Shown: one piece after another, positions 26,740-38,629 of the stretch
Layout: each line of letters starts with the position of its first letter
Numbering within the stretch: the first letter of the stretch is position 1
Assembly (NCBI GenBank): GCA_019429055.1
Contig: JAHYJP010000003.1
Span: 1 to 58,734 of the forward strand
Length of the DNA stretch: 58,734 nucleotides
Source of the DNA: Bacteroidales bacterium
GTDB lineage: Bacteria > Bacteroidota > Bacteroidia > Bacteroidales > UBA7960
Direction: 5' to 3'
Notes under the pieces: model-generated
What the model saw: only the letters and a program-made list of their open reading frames with translations
Told to the model about the DNA's origin: nothing
Database searches by the model: none
Position numbers and translations under genes: made by a program

Positions 26740-29700
26740 ATGATAAAAAAGTTCATTCCTTCAATTGTGCTGCTGATGTTTGTCATGTCTGTAAGCGCAT
26801 ATTCCCAGCAAACAGCCATTTATGACCAGCCCGAGGCCGATTATCGCCTGGCACTGGAACTTTTTAATAAAGGCAAGTATGGAGCAGCCCAGAAGCTTTT
26901 CCTGCAAACACTCGATAATATTGATGATCCGAAATCAGAAGTTCGAATTAATTCAGAATATTATGCGGCTATTTGTGCAGTTGAGCTTTTCCATCCGGAT
27001 GCTGAAAAACAGCTTACTGATTTTATTTTCGGAAATCCATCCCACCCCAGGCAGGGAATTGCAAGTTTTCAAATGGGAAATCTTAAGTACAGGGGCCGTA
27101 AGTATGATGAAGCTCTGCTCTGGTATTCGAGAGTTGGATCTCATGACCTTACATGGGAACAACGTGAAGAATTGGGCTTTAAAACCGGATACAGTTATTT
27201 CATGACCGATAATTATGCAAGGGCAAAACAGTTCTTTTTTGATATCCGCGATCCGGTATCAACCTACTTTGCTCCTGCTACTTATTATTACGGACATATT
27301 GCCTACAGTGAAGGTAATTATGAAACTGCCCTGATTAACTTTCAGAAACTTGTTGATGATGGAAATTTTGGTCCGATAGTTCCCTACTATATTACACATA
27401 TTTATTTTCTGCAGGAAAGATATGATGAGCTCCTGACCTATGCCCCTGCTCTGCTTGAAGATGCCGGCACCCGTCGCGGAGCGGAGATTTCACGCATGAT
27501 TGGTGAGTCGCACTATAATATGGGCAATTTCAGTGATGCCGTCCCCTTTCTTGAAGAATACCAGAGACAAACCCGGCAGCGTATCAGCAGAGAAGATTAT
27601 TACCAGCTGGGATTTGCACACTACAATGCGGGTAATTTTGAAAAGGCTGTTCCTTATTTTGAAAGGGTAACCAATGCTGAAGATGAGTTGGCACAAAATG
27701 CTTTATACCATCTGGCCGACAGTTATCTCAAAACCAATCAGAAGCGATCTGCAAGAAATGCGTTTTTGGCAGCTCACCGCATGGAATTTGTAGAAGAGAT
27801 CAGCCAGATCTCTTTGTTTAACTATGCAAAACTATCCTTCGAGTTGTCACTGAATCCCTTCAATGAGGCTATAATTGCATTTCAAAGTTACATTGACAAG
27901 TACCCCGATTCGCCCCGGCGCGAAGAAGCCTACAGACACCTTATTGACCTTTATCTAACTACCCGCAATTACAAAGACGCATTAACCAGTATAGAAGCCA
28001 TTCCCATTAACACTCCTGCCCTGAGGTCGGCACACCAGCGTATAGCCTACTTCAGAGGTGTTGAACTTTTCAATAACGGCGATTTCAGGGGGGCAATTGA
28101 ACACTTTGAGAAATCATTGACATATGCCGACAACAGAACTATCCGTGCACAGGCACTTTTCTGGCAAGGGGAATCGCACTACAGACTTGAACAATATTCT
28201 GAAGCCATAAGTGTTCATAACCGGTTTTTGCTTGCCCAGGGTGCTTTCAGTTTACCGGAATACAATCTGGCCAATTATACCATCGGATATTCCCATTTCA
28301 AGAAAAAAGAATACCCGCAGGCCATTACTTCTTTGCGGAAATTTATAAATGATCGTGAGGTAAGCAAAAATATGCGCAACGATGCCTATTTACGTATTGC
28401 CGACAGTTATTTTATTACCAAAAGCTATACTGCATCATTGGATTTTTATGACAGAGCCATTGCGCTTAATGCCAGCGACATAGATTATGCTATTTTTCAG
28501 AAAGCTCTTGTGCAGGGGGTAACAGGTAATTTCAACGGTAAAATTCAGACCTTGCAGAATCTATTACAGCAGTATCCCTCATCAGCTTTTATTGTAGATG
28601 CAAGATACGAACTGGCAAATACTTATGTTATCCAGGATAACCCCACCAGAGCTTTGCAGTATTACAATGAAATTATAAACCGCCATCCTAATTCCAGTTA
28701 TGTTCGAAGTGCCATGCTTAAATCCGGACTTATTCATTTCAATCTGAACCAGGATGAACAGGCTCTCCAGGTATTCAGGCGTGTAATAGAGAGTTATCCC
28801 GGTTCACCGGAATCGCAGGAAGCCCTTACCAGCATGCGTAACATATACGTTGCCATGGACAGGGTTGATGAATACGTCAGATTTTCACAGAATCTTGGTT
28901 TTGCCAATGTAACGGAAGCGCAGCAGGATTCATTAAGTTACATTGCAGCCGAAAACCGCTATATGCAGGGAGACTGCGAAAATGCAGTCAGAAGTTTCAC
29001 CAACTACATTGACAGGTTTCCCCGTGGTATTTTTGCATTAAATGCGCATTTTTACAAAGCTGAGTGTGAGTTCAGGATGAATGAACGACAGAGAGCCCTT
29101 GCAGGATATGAATATGTGCTGGCAAGGCCCAAATCAAAATTCTCTGAAAATGCTGCCATCAGGGCTGCACAGATCAATTTTGCCATGGGGCATTATGCTG
29201 CAGCCCTTGGGCATTATGAAACCCTGGAAGAGATTGCAGAATTCCGTAGTAATAAACTCGACGCGCAGATTGGTCAGATGCGTTCATTGAGCCGTCTAGA
29301 GCGTACCGGCGAAACCATTGGTGCAGCACAAAAAGTACTCCAAGCCGAAAAACTGAGCCAGGAGGTTACACAGGAAGCAAATCTGCTTATTGCCAGGGCA
29401 GCTATGAAAGAAGGCAATATGAATCTCGCAAGAGAACATTTCGGTATTACCAACCAGATTGCAGAAAATGTTATGGCTGCCGAAGCCAAATACAACCTTG
29501 CCCTGATCGAATTCCGCCAGGGTAATTACAGTAAGTGCGAAGAACTCATTTTCAATTATATAAATTATCTTACTCCTTACGATTACTGGCTGGCCAGGAT
29601 ATTTATACTGCTTGCCGATAATTATCTGGAGCAGGATAATGTATTCCAGGCAAGAAGTACCCTGGAGAGTATCATCGAAAATTATGAAGGAGAAGATCTG

Positions 29701-29829
29701 AGGATGGAAGCCATCCGTAAACTGGAAGAAATCAACAGGCAGGAAAGAACAGGAGATCAGGAAGAGGACCCCGATCCGCTGGAGATTGATTTCGGCACCC
29801 GTCCGGGCAGCAATACAGAAATTTTTTAA
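26740..29829 (+). CDS. Large secreted tetratricopeptide-repeat protein
   Basis: There is a signal peptide from ATG 26740 (MIKKFIPSIVLLMFVMSVSAYSQQ). It is followed by about 1000 aa of repeated TPR-like 34-mers (for example 'YYQLGFAHYNAGNFEKAVPYFERV' and 'ALFWQGESHYRLEQYSEAISVHNRF') and an acidic C-terminal tail. Confidence 0.85.
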   Translation: MIKKFIPSIVLLMFVMSVSAYSQQTAIYDQPEADYRLALELFNKGKYGAAQKLFLQTLDNIDDPKSEVRINSEYYAAICAVELFHPDAEKQLTDFIFGNPSHPRQGIASFQMGNLKYRGRKYDEALLWYSRVGSHDLTWEQREELGFKTGYSYFMTDNYARAKQFFFDIRDPVSTYFAPATYYYGHIAYSEGNYETALINFQKLVDDGNFGPIVPYYITHIYFLQERYDELLTYAPALLEDAGTRRGAEISRMIGESHYNMGNFSDAVPFLEEYQRQTRQRISREDYYQLGFAHYNAGNFEKAVPYFERVTNAEDELAQNALYHLADSYLKTNQKRSARNAFLAAHRMEFVEEISQISLFNYAKLSFELSLNPFNEAIIAFQSYIDKYPDSPRREEAYRHLIDLYLTTRNYKDALTSIEAIPINTPALRSAHQRIAYFRGVELFNNGDFRGAIEHFEKSLTYADNRTIRAQALFWQGESHYRLEQYSEAISVHNRFLLAQGAFSLPEYNLANYTIGYSHFKKKEYPQAITSLRKFINDREVSKNMRNDAYLRIADSYFITKSYTASLDFYDRAIALNASDIDYAIFQKALVQGVTGNFNGKIQTLQNLLQQYPSSAFIVDARYELANTYVIQDNPTRALQYYNEIINRHPNSSYVRSAMLKSGLIHFNLNQDEQALQVFRRVIESYPGSPESQEALTSMRNIYVAMDRVDEYVRFSQNLGFANVTEAQQDSLSYIAAENRYMQGDCENAVRSFTNYIDRFPRGIFALNAHFYKAECEFRMNERQRALAGYEYVLARPKSKFSENAAIRAAQINFAMGHYAAALGHYETLEEIAEFRSNKLDAQIGQMRSLSRLERTGETIGAAQKVLQAEKLSQEVTQEANLLIARAAMKEGNMNLAREHFGITNQIAENVMAAEAKYNLALIEFRQGNYSKCEELIFNYINYLTPYDYWLARIFILLADNYLEQDNVFQARSTLESIIENYEGEDLRMEAIRKLEEINRQERTGDQEEDPDPLEIDFGTRPGSNTEIF

Positions 29830-29860
29830 TCATTTCAGAAAAAGCTAAATACCAAAATAT

Positions 29861-31582
29861 ATGCAAAAGTTATTTTCAGTTCACAGCATTATTTTTGCCG
29901 GCATGATACTCTTCCTGGCAAGACCAGTAAGCAGCTTGTTTGCCCAGCAACTGGACTTTGATGAGATAAAGGTTATTGCTCCCTATGAGCCTACCATCTC
30001 CGATGCATTTAAAATGAACTTTAACCCTCGACTTGATGATACTTTACAGATTGATATATCTTTTGATTACAGTATCAACCCTGTACAGATACCAACGAGA
30101 TTTTCCCTTGAGCCGCTGAGTCCGGCACGCATGCGCGGAGAGCCTCTTGCGAAACTTTATAATGGTTTCGTAAAAGCAGGATTGGGCAACTATGCCACTC
30201 CTTATGGAGAAGTTTTTTACAACTCACTTCGCTCAAATGAATATGCTTATGGTGTGCACCTGAAGCATATTTCATCAGGTGGTGGAATTGATGATTACGG
30301 CCACAGCGGCTATTCCGATAACAAAATACATCTTAATGGGAAAAGGTTTCTACGTAATCACACCATCGAAGGCGATTTGAATTATGAGCGCAATATGATG
30401 CATTTTTACGGTTTCAAACGCGATGACTATAACGAAGACCTTGGAATGCTGCAATATATTGATGAATTATCGAACAAAGATATCAGGCAGGTTTTCCATT
30501 ACATATCGCCTGCTATGGGATTCAGGAGCAATTATCTTGATCCCACCAGGCTGCAACATGATCTGAATCTGAAATATCATTTCCTGACCGACTCATATGA
30601 TGCCACTGAGCATAGACTTGAATTTTTAACCACCCTTGAAAAGAGTATCGTTGAAGATCCGCTTGGATTTGCAGACAATCAAAGCTTTCAAATTGATTTT
30701 GGTACCGATTATTTTCATAATAAGACTGCAACCGATACCATCAATTCAGGACTTATAAAAATTGCTCCGAGTATTATGGCCCAGATCGGTGATTTCAGTT
30801 TCCGGGTAGGTTTGAATGCATCTTTTCAGCTTGATTCAACGGGCCATGCCAGGTTTTATCCCATTGCAGCAGCCGAGTTGAATCTGATCGATAACCGTCT
30901 CTTTGCATTTGCAACATTTGATGGTGAAGTTCAGAAAAACACCTTACGCGATATCAGCCTGGTTAATCCTTTTGTAAATACCAACAGTCCACTGGCATTT
31001 ACCAATAAAAAACATGAACTCCGGGGCGGTTTAAAAGGATCCATAAGTTCCTTTGCATCATTTAACCTGGCTGTATCTACCAGCTCGTGGGAAGATTATG
31101 CCTTGTTCGTTACGGATACGTCACAGATTTTGAATAATCAGTTTAATATCATTTATGATGATATGCGTATGTTCAACTTCCGCGCTGAACTATTCGGTAA
31201 TGTGGGTGAAAGGTTAAAATTACGACTGGGAGCTGATTACTATGAATACACACTTGAAAATGAATTTGAAGCCTGGCATATGCCTACTTTGAAGCTAAGC
31301 CTGTCGGCCAAATATAATATGCAGGACAAGATAATCCTGAATGCGGGCGCGTTTGGCCGCAATTCAACCTATGCAAGAGTATTTGATGATGAAGGAAATG
31401 TTTCAAGAAGAGAAATTCAAGGTTTCCATGTCGATCTGAGTTTCGGGATTGAATACCGCTATACCAAAATTCTTTCCGTATTTATTAACCTTAACAATGT
31501 TTCCAATCAACCCCTGGAACGATGGTTTAATTACCCATCGCAGAGAATCAATCTCATGGGTGGTGTTAGTTACGCTTTTTAG
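29861..31582 (+). CDS. Outer-membrane beta-barrel protein (putative porin-like)
   Basis: 573-aa ORF with a signal peptide (LFLARPVSSLFAQQ), amphipathic beta-strand patterning throughout, and the terminal strand 'INLMGGVSYAF'. It starts 31 nt after the TPR gene. Confidence 0.6.
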   Translation: MQKLFSVHSIIFAGMILFLARPVSSLFAQQLDFDEIKVIAPYEPTISDAFKMNFNPRLDDTLQIDISFDYSINPVQIPTRFSLEPLSPARMRGEPLAKLYNGFVKAGLGNYATPYGEVFYNSLRSNEYAYGVHLKHISSGGGIDDYGHSGYSDNKIHLNGKRFLRNHTIEGDLNYERNMMHFYGFKRDDYNEDLGMLQYIDELSNKDIRQVFHYISPAMGFRSNYLDPTRLQHDLNLKYHFLTDSYDATEHRLEFLTTLEKSIVEDPLGFADNQSFQIDFGTDYFHNKTATDTINSGLIKIAPSIMAQIGDFSFRVGLNASFQLDSTGHARFYPIAAAELNLIDNRLFAFATFDGEVQKNTLRDISLVNPFVNTNSPLAFTNKKHELRGGLKGSISSFASFNLAVSTSSWEDYALFVTDTSQILNNQFNIIYDDMRMFNFRAELFGNVGERLKLRLGADYYEYTLENEFEAWHMPTLKLSLSAKYNMQDKIILNAGAFGRNSTYARVFDDEGNVSRREIQGFHVDLSFGIEYRYTKILSVFINLNNVSNQPLERWFNYPSQRINLMGGVSYAF

Positions 31583-31620
31583 TCCGAACCGAATTCTGAA
31601 TACCCCCCTCAGTATTTTTA

Positions 31621-31647
31621 AAAAGCCCGTTTTAAGGGCTTTTTTTG
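31621..31647 (+). terminator. Rho-independent terminator after the barrel gene
   Basis: The stem pairs aaagccc with gggcttt around the loop gttttaa and is followed by a T-run of 7 or more. Confidence 0.6.
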
Positions 31648-31776
31648 TTGAAAAAACCCGGGTTTTGTCACACAAATTTAACTTCTTCAAATATGAGTTT
31701 TCAACGCTTTGTTAAAAACATCATATAATTCTGTATATCAACACTTTGTGAATACCTAAAAGTGTTAATAAAATAG

Positions 31777-33825
<2,049 letters not shown>

Positions 33826-33851
33826 TCTTTTTCAGGAGTCGATACAATAGT

Positions 33852-33887
33852 AAAAAAGCTTTCCCTTGACGGGATAGCTTTTTTTTA
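33852..33887. terminator. Bidirectional rho-independent terminator between gyrB and the SNF2 helicase gene
   Basis: The stem pairs aagct-t-tccc (33856-33865) with ggga-t-agctt (33871-33880), with one mismatch. An A-run lies upstream and T8 downstream. It overlaps the helicase stop codon. Confidence 0.6.
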
Positions 33888-36881
33888 TATCAGTTCCTGA
33901 AGTTCCGTGAAGGAAAGCGATTTCAAAGGATTGTTCTGGTTGATAAACATTCCTGCAATATTTGATTTTTTCCGCTGAAGTTTCAGTATTTTTTCTTCAA
34001 CCGTATTGCGGGAAATGAACTTATAAACAAAAACATTTTTGTCCTGACCTATACGGTGAGCCCTGTTTATGGCCTGGTTCTCCACAGCCGGGTTCCACCA
34101 GGGGTCAAGTACAAATACATAATCGGCCCCGGTAAGATTTAACCCCACCCCTCCTGCTTTGAGGGAAATCAAAAACAATTTGATGTCGCTCCTGGATTGA
34201 AAATCATTGATCACCTTTTTTCTGTCCTTTTCCGCAACATTTCCGGTAAGAAAACTATAGGGATAATTACTTTCATCAAAGTAGTTTTTAAATAAATTCA
34301 GATGCTTTACAAATTGTGAATAAATAAGCACTTTGTGGTCTTCTGCCATAAGTTTTTCTACACTTCGGATAATTTCGGTATACTTACCAGACAGGTGACT
34401 GTAATCCTGATCTACAATAGAAGGGTGATTGGCAATCAGTCTTAACCTGGTCAAACCACTGAGAACCACAAACCGGGTCTTATCAACTCCCCGTTCATCT
34501 ACCCCTTTTAAAATTGCGTTCCTGATCTCAGATTTTTTGGTTTCGTAATAGCTTTCCTGTTCAGGAGTCATTTCGCAGTAGTGCACTTTTTCAACGAGAT
34601 CGGGTAATTCTTTGGCTACCTGACTTTTGGTTCTGCGCAAAATAAAAGGGCGAATGAGTTTCTGCAACTTTTGTGCTGCTTTTTCATCCTGTTTTTTCTC
34701 AATGGGAATAACAAACTCGTTTCTGAAGAAATTAAGGCTTCCCAGCATACCAGGATTTATGAAAGAGAACTGTGACCAGAGGTCCGTAAGTGAATTTTCT
34801 ACAGGTGTACCCGAAAGTACAAGCCTGTTTTGGCTATGCAGATTTTTGATTGCTGAAAATATTTTGGATGATGCATTTTTTATGATCTGGCTCTCATCCA
34901 GAATTACATAGCAGAAATAAAAATTCTTCAGCATTTCAATATCGTTTCTTACAGTACCATAGGTTGTAAGAATCAGGTCATAATTGCTGAATATTTGCGT
35001 ATTTGCAGGCCTGTTGGTGCCGGTATGCTTAAAAACTCTGAGATGGGGAGAAAATCTTTTGACTTCTTCAATCCAATTATGAATCAGGGAAAGAGGCATT
35101 ACGATTAAAGAAGTTTTACCCGGCAAAAATTCAGAAAAGTGATTTTCGTATGAATCAAATAATCCCAGTTGCATACCAGGCTTTGGTTCTTCTGATTCAT
35201 AAAGAATACTGTTTAAATCAACCACCCTGTCATTAAGATGCACGTTTGAAAGTAAAGCCAATGCCTGCAGGGTTTTTCCAAGTCCCATATCATCTGCGAG
35301 GCAACCACCCAGATTATTTTCATTTAGAAACATCATCCAATTGTAACCAGCAACCTGGTATGGACGCATTTTTACGTTTTTAAGCTCAGGCAAAACGCGA
35401 TTCTGCTTTGCATCCGTGAGGTTGAATACTGGTATTTTTATTCCCGTCTCATTTAATTTTGAGAGTAAAGAAAAATGGTATTTTTTTACCTGCAAATGGT
35501 CTCCTTTTTTAGCGGCAAATTTCAGTATATCATGAAACATACTCATCCATTCCTGGGGGATTAGTGCGATACTTCCGTCAGGCAACCCAAATTCTCTATC
35601 TCCCTTAAGGATATTTTCTCTGAGGCTGATAAACGGTACTTCAAACTCACCGAATCTGACTTTCCCTGCCAGATCAAACCAATCAAATTTCTCCTCGGAT
35701 TCCAGCTTAAGCTCTGTCAGACCTGAGAAATACTTTCTATGTGAGATTTCCTTTTCCAGCACAAATCCTTTCTTTTCAATACTTTCATGATGATCATTCA
35801 GCCAATCGATCAAAATGTGTATTTGTGCCTTGCTTCTCAGAACATCATCATTTGACTGGGTTTCCGGACTGTTTTCCAGGGTAAGAAAGGGTCCATCCTT
35901 TTTAACAAGCCCAAGTTCTTTCAGAAATTCTGAAATTTCATTTTCAAATTCAAAATTTCTTTCTAATTTTTCAAAATGAAACCGTGGCCATTGGTCTATG
36001 AACTTAACTTCGGACAGGATGCCGTCTCCGCGAAAAAAAACCATACCCTTACCATACCTGAAATAAAGCGCAAGCATGATATCGCCCTGCCAGTGTTCTT
36101 CAACTTTAAGAACCGGTTCAGGTTTTTCATCAAAAGTTTTTACTTCAAAGCCCTTATTGGTAAAGGAATGGTTTGAGATACTTTTCAGTACGAATTTTTT
36201 ATAGAACTGCCTTTCTGATGCTTGGGGTACTTCAAGAAATTCTTTTCTGATAAATGGTTCCAGCATCTTTCCGTTCAGTTCGGGATTAAACCTGAACAAT
36301 TCATCATTGAACAGAAGCAAGCATGGTTTCTCTGCAATGAGCTGTGCGTTGCTGTTGAAAAGGAGAAGATCCTTTTCAGGTAATTTTATCTGGAGCCTGT
36401 AAAGTGTTTTGTCAGATAGTTTCTCAAAATGAAAACAGGTATCGGCAATCTCCTGTTTCAGCTTCAAGGGCTTTTCCTTTATTCTTTCAGCGTTATCCCC
36501 TTTGTAAAATAATGGTGTATGGCTTTTAATCATTAAGGCAACAACTTCATATAAAACCCTGTCGATAAAGGGCCTCATATGTTTTTTTACATAATCCGGC
36601 TCCAGTTTATCATAAAATGTGCGGGTTTTTGTGTGAGCAGGATTGAAACGCTTTTGAAGGTTGTCGTCATTGTATTTATCCAACACATCAACAAGAGCAA
36701 TTTCTTCAGAAGTTAAGCTGTCAAAATAATCATAAGAAGTGTTTTTTACTATTTTTTTGAAATCATACCCAAACTGACCTTTGGCACTTATGCTTACAGC
36801 AAAAGGCTCGATGAGAAAACCCAGCACCGGATTTTCAGTGATTGCAAACACAAGTACTTTACTACCAAAGATATCGCTCAT
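33885..36881 (-). CDS. SNF2-family DNA/RNA helicase (RapA/HepA-like) with a long uncharacterised N-terminal region
   Basis: From ATG 36881 (MSDIFGSK...). The SNF2_N motifs are 'CLADDMGLGKTLQALALL' (I), 'YVILDESQIIKN' (II, DESQ) and 'LSGTPVENSL' (III). The helicase-C motifs are 'LISLKAGGVGLNLTGADYVFVLDPWWNPAVENQAINRAHRIGQ'. I recognise no domain in the first 480 aa or so. Confidence 0.9.
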   Translation of the reverse strand: MSDIFGSKVLVFAITENPVLGFLIEPFAVSISAKGQFGYDFKKIVKNTSYDYFDSLTSEEIALVDVLDKYNDDNLQKRFNPAHTKTRTFYDKLEPDYVKKHMRPFIDRVLYEVVALMIKSHTPLFYKGDNAERIKEKPLKLKQEIADTCFHFEKLSDKTLYRLQIKLPEKDLLLFNSNAQLIAEKPCLLLFNDELFRFNPELNGKMLEPFIRKEFLEVPQASERQFYKKFVLKSISNHSFTNKGFEVKTFDEKPEPVLKVEEHWQGDIMLALYFRYGKGMVFFRGDGILSEVKFIDQWPRFHFEKLERNFEFENEISEFLKELGLVKKDGPFLTLENSPETQSNDDVLRSKAQIHILIDWLNDHHESIEKKGFVLEKEISHRKYFSGLTELKLESEEKFDWFDLAGKVRFGEFEVPFISLRENILKGDREFGLPDGSIALIPQEWMSMFHDILKFAAKKGDHLQVKKYHFSLLSKLNETGIKIPVFNLTDAKQNRVLPELKNVKMRPYQVAGYNWMMFLNENNLGGCLADDMGLGKTLQALALLSNVHLNDRVVDLNSILYESEEPKPGMQLGLFDSYENHFSEFLPGKTSLIVMPLSLIHNWIEEVKRFSPHLRVFKHTGTNRPANTQIFSNYDLILTTYGTVRNDIEMLKNFYFCYVILDESQIIKNASSKIFSAIKNLHSQNRLVLSGTPVENSLTDLWSQFSFINPGMLGSLNFFRNEFVIPIEKKQDEKAAQKLQKLIRPFILRRTKSQVAKELPDLVEKVHYCEMTPEQESYYETKKSEIRNAILKGVDERGVDKTRFVVLSGLTRLRLIANHPSIVDQDYSHLSGKYTEIIRSVEKLMAEDHKVLIYSQFVKHLNLFKNYFDESNYPYSFLTGNVAEKDRKKVINDFQSRSDIKLFLISLKAGGVGLNLTGADYVFVLDPWWNPAVENQAINRAHRIGQDKNVFVYKFISRNTVEEKILKLQRKKSNIAGMFINQNNPLKSLSFTELQELI

Positions 36882-36967
36882 AATTAATAGCAAAAAAAAT
36901 ATTTTGGCGAATCAATAACCAAACCCACAAAAATAATTGATTTTATAATGCCCGGCGGTTTTTTAAG

Positions 36968-37010
36968 ACAAAAAATAAACCCGCCTGATTTCATTCAAAC
37001 CAGGCGGGTT
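36968..37010 (-). terminator. Rho-independent terminator after the glutathione peroxidase gene
   Basis: A 10-bp stem pairs aacccgcctg (36978-36987) with caggcgggtt (37001-37010). On the minus strand it is followed by TTTATTTTT. It lies 22 nt past the stop at 37032. Confidence 0.65.
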
Positions 37011-37031
37011 AGCATAGTAAGTTTGCAGGGT

Positions 37032-37598
37032 TTATCCCTTTATCCAGTTGATTATCTCTTCAGAAAGCGGATCTTGCCTGGGAGAAAAATATTTTACAAG
37101 GTTTCCTTCTTCATCAATAAGATATTTCTGGAAGTTCCAGGCAACTTCAGAATCTGATACACCATTCCTTTCTTTTTGTGTAAGCCATTGATATAAAGGA
37201 TGAATATCATCGCCCTTTACAGAAATTTTAGACATCATGGGAAAAGTAACACCGTAGTTTTCTTCACAAAACGCTATGATATCTTCATTGGTTCCGGGCT
37301 CCTGATTCATAAAATTGTTGGCAGGAAAACCTATAATAACAAAATTCTCAGATGAATAGGTACGGTAAAGCTTCTCCAGTGATTCAAACTGGGGTGTTAA
37401 GCCGCATTTGGAAGCGGTATTAACAACCATAACTTTTTTGCCCTTTAATTGAGAAAGATCAAATTCATCGCCGTAAATATCTTTTACCTGAAAGTCATGT
37501 AAATTTTTGTGATGATCAGCCATAATAGGTTGAGAAATAAAGAAAAGAGAGATAAGAATAACTAAAAAACGAAGATTAATTTTAATTTTTGTTTGCAT
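37032..37598 (-). CDS. Glutathione peroxidase (Cys-type), exported
   Basis: 188-aa ORF with a signal peptide. It has 'VMVVNTASKCGLTPQ' (catalytic Cys, codon TGC), 'FPANNFMNQEPG' and 'WNFQKYLI'. Confidence 0.9.
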   Translation of the reverse strand: MQTKIKINLRFLVILISLFFISQPIMADHHKNLHDFQVKDIYGDEFDLSQLKGKKVMVVNTASKCGLTPQFESLEKLYRTYSSENFVIIGFPANNFMNQEPGTNEDIIAFCEENYGVTFPMMSKISVKGDDIHPLYQWLTQKERNGVSDSEVAWNFQKYLIDEEGNLVKYFSPRQDPLSEEIINWIKG

Positions 37599-37774
37599 GA
37601 CATTTAATTTTTGAGTGGAACTTTATTTGTTGACGTTTGAAATACATCAGAAAGCATTAAATAAACAAGATTTCTTTTCAAATGTTTTCATCCGGCTTAA
37701 TATCAAAAAGAATATAACTATTCTTTCCAAAACACTATATTTGCTTTAATACTCAACCATAAAACTTACCGGAT

Positions 37775-38629
37775 TTGATCATTGACCAGAAAATTCTTTT
37801 TACTGCATTCAGGGCTGCGCTTGAAGCCGGCAAGGAGATTATGAATATTTACAAAAAGGGCTTTAAAGTTGAGCATAAAGCTGACGGCTCTCCCCTTACC
37901 CTTGCCGACCAAAGAGCCAATGAAATCATAATTAATGCGCTCAGCCGATTTGGTATTCCTATAATCAGCGAAGAAAAACCCTTGCCCGGTTATTCGCAAA
38001 GAAAATCCTGGGAATATTTATGGATGATAGACCCCCTGGATGGTACCAAAGAATTTGTAAACCGTAATGATCAGTTTACTGTAAATATTGCACTGATTCA
38101 CAAATCAAAGCCCATTGCGGGTATCGTTACGGCACCGGCATTGAACTTCGGATATTTGGGTATGCAGAATGCAGGAGCATTCAAGATCACTGATCTTCAA
38201 AAAGCAGAAATGCTTTCTGAAAAAGATTTTTCCAAACCTGATGAAAATTTTTCCAGGCTGAGCCCTTCAGTACCCGCTGACAACAGGATTCTTGCCGCAA
38301 GCCGCTCGCACATTGATGAAGGCAATGCAGAGATCATCAGAAAATTATTTGGTCATGAGAATGCGCTTAAAACTATTCATGCGGGCAGTGCACTAAAGTT
38401 TGGGCTGGTAGCAGAAGGCAAGGCACATTTTTACCTCCGAAACGATAAAATATGGGAATGGGATACTGCTGCGGGTCATGCCCTTCTGATTGCCGCCGGT
38501 GGCGATCTGTTTACCTGGCCCGATGGGTCAGAGCTTCTTTATAACAAAGAAATTTTAAAAAATCCCGGTTTTGTAGCATGTGCCGGTAAAGATGCTTCAG
38601 AACTTCTTAAAGCTAAACTTTCGCTTTAA
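37775..38629 (+). CDS. cysQ: 3'(2'),5'-bisphosphate nucleotidase / inositol monophosphatase family
   Basis: 284-aa ORF with a TTG start. It has the metal-site motifs 'IISEE', 'WMIDPLDGTKEF' and 'WDTAAGHALL'. The CysQ assignment is by motif pattern only. Confidence 0.7.
   Translation: MIIDQKILFTAFRAALEAGKEIMNIYKKGFKVEHKADGSPLTLADQRANEIIINALSRFGIPIISEEKPLPGYSQRKSWEYLWMIDPLDGTKEFVNRNDQFTVNIALIHKSKPIAGIVTAPALNFGYLGMQNAGAFKITDLQKAEMLSEKDFSKPDENFSRLSPSVPADNRILAASRSHIDEGNAEIIRKLFGHENALKTIHAGSALKFGLVAEGKAHFYLRNDKIWEWDTAAGHALLIAAGGDLFTWPDGSELLYNKEILKNPGFVACAGKDASELLKAKLSL

Noticed and set aside
33885-36881. SNF2 helicase as part of a phage-defence system (DISARM, BREX or Zorya-like)
   Set aside because: There is no adjacent methyltransferase, nuclease, PLD, DUF1998 or other partner. 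The gene is monocistronic between housekeeping genes (gyrB and glutathione peroxidase), which fits a RapA-like housekeeping role better.
37032-37598. Selenocysteine recoding in the glutathione peroxidase gene
   Set aside because: The catalytic residue in 'NTASKCGLTPQ' is encoded by TGC (Cys). There is no in-frame TGA and no SECIS-like hairpin.
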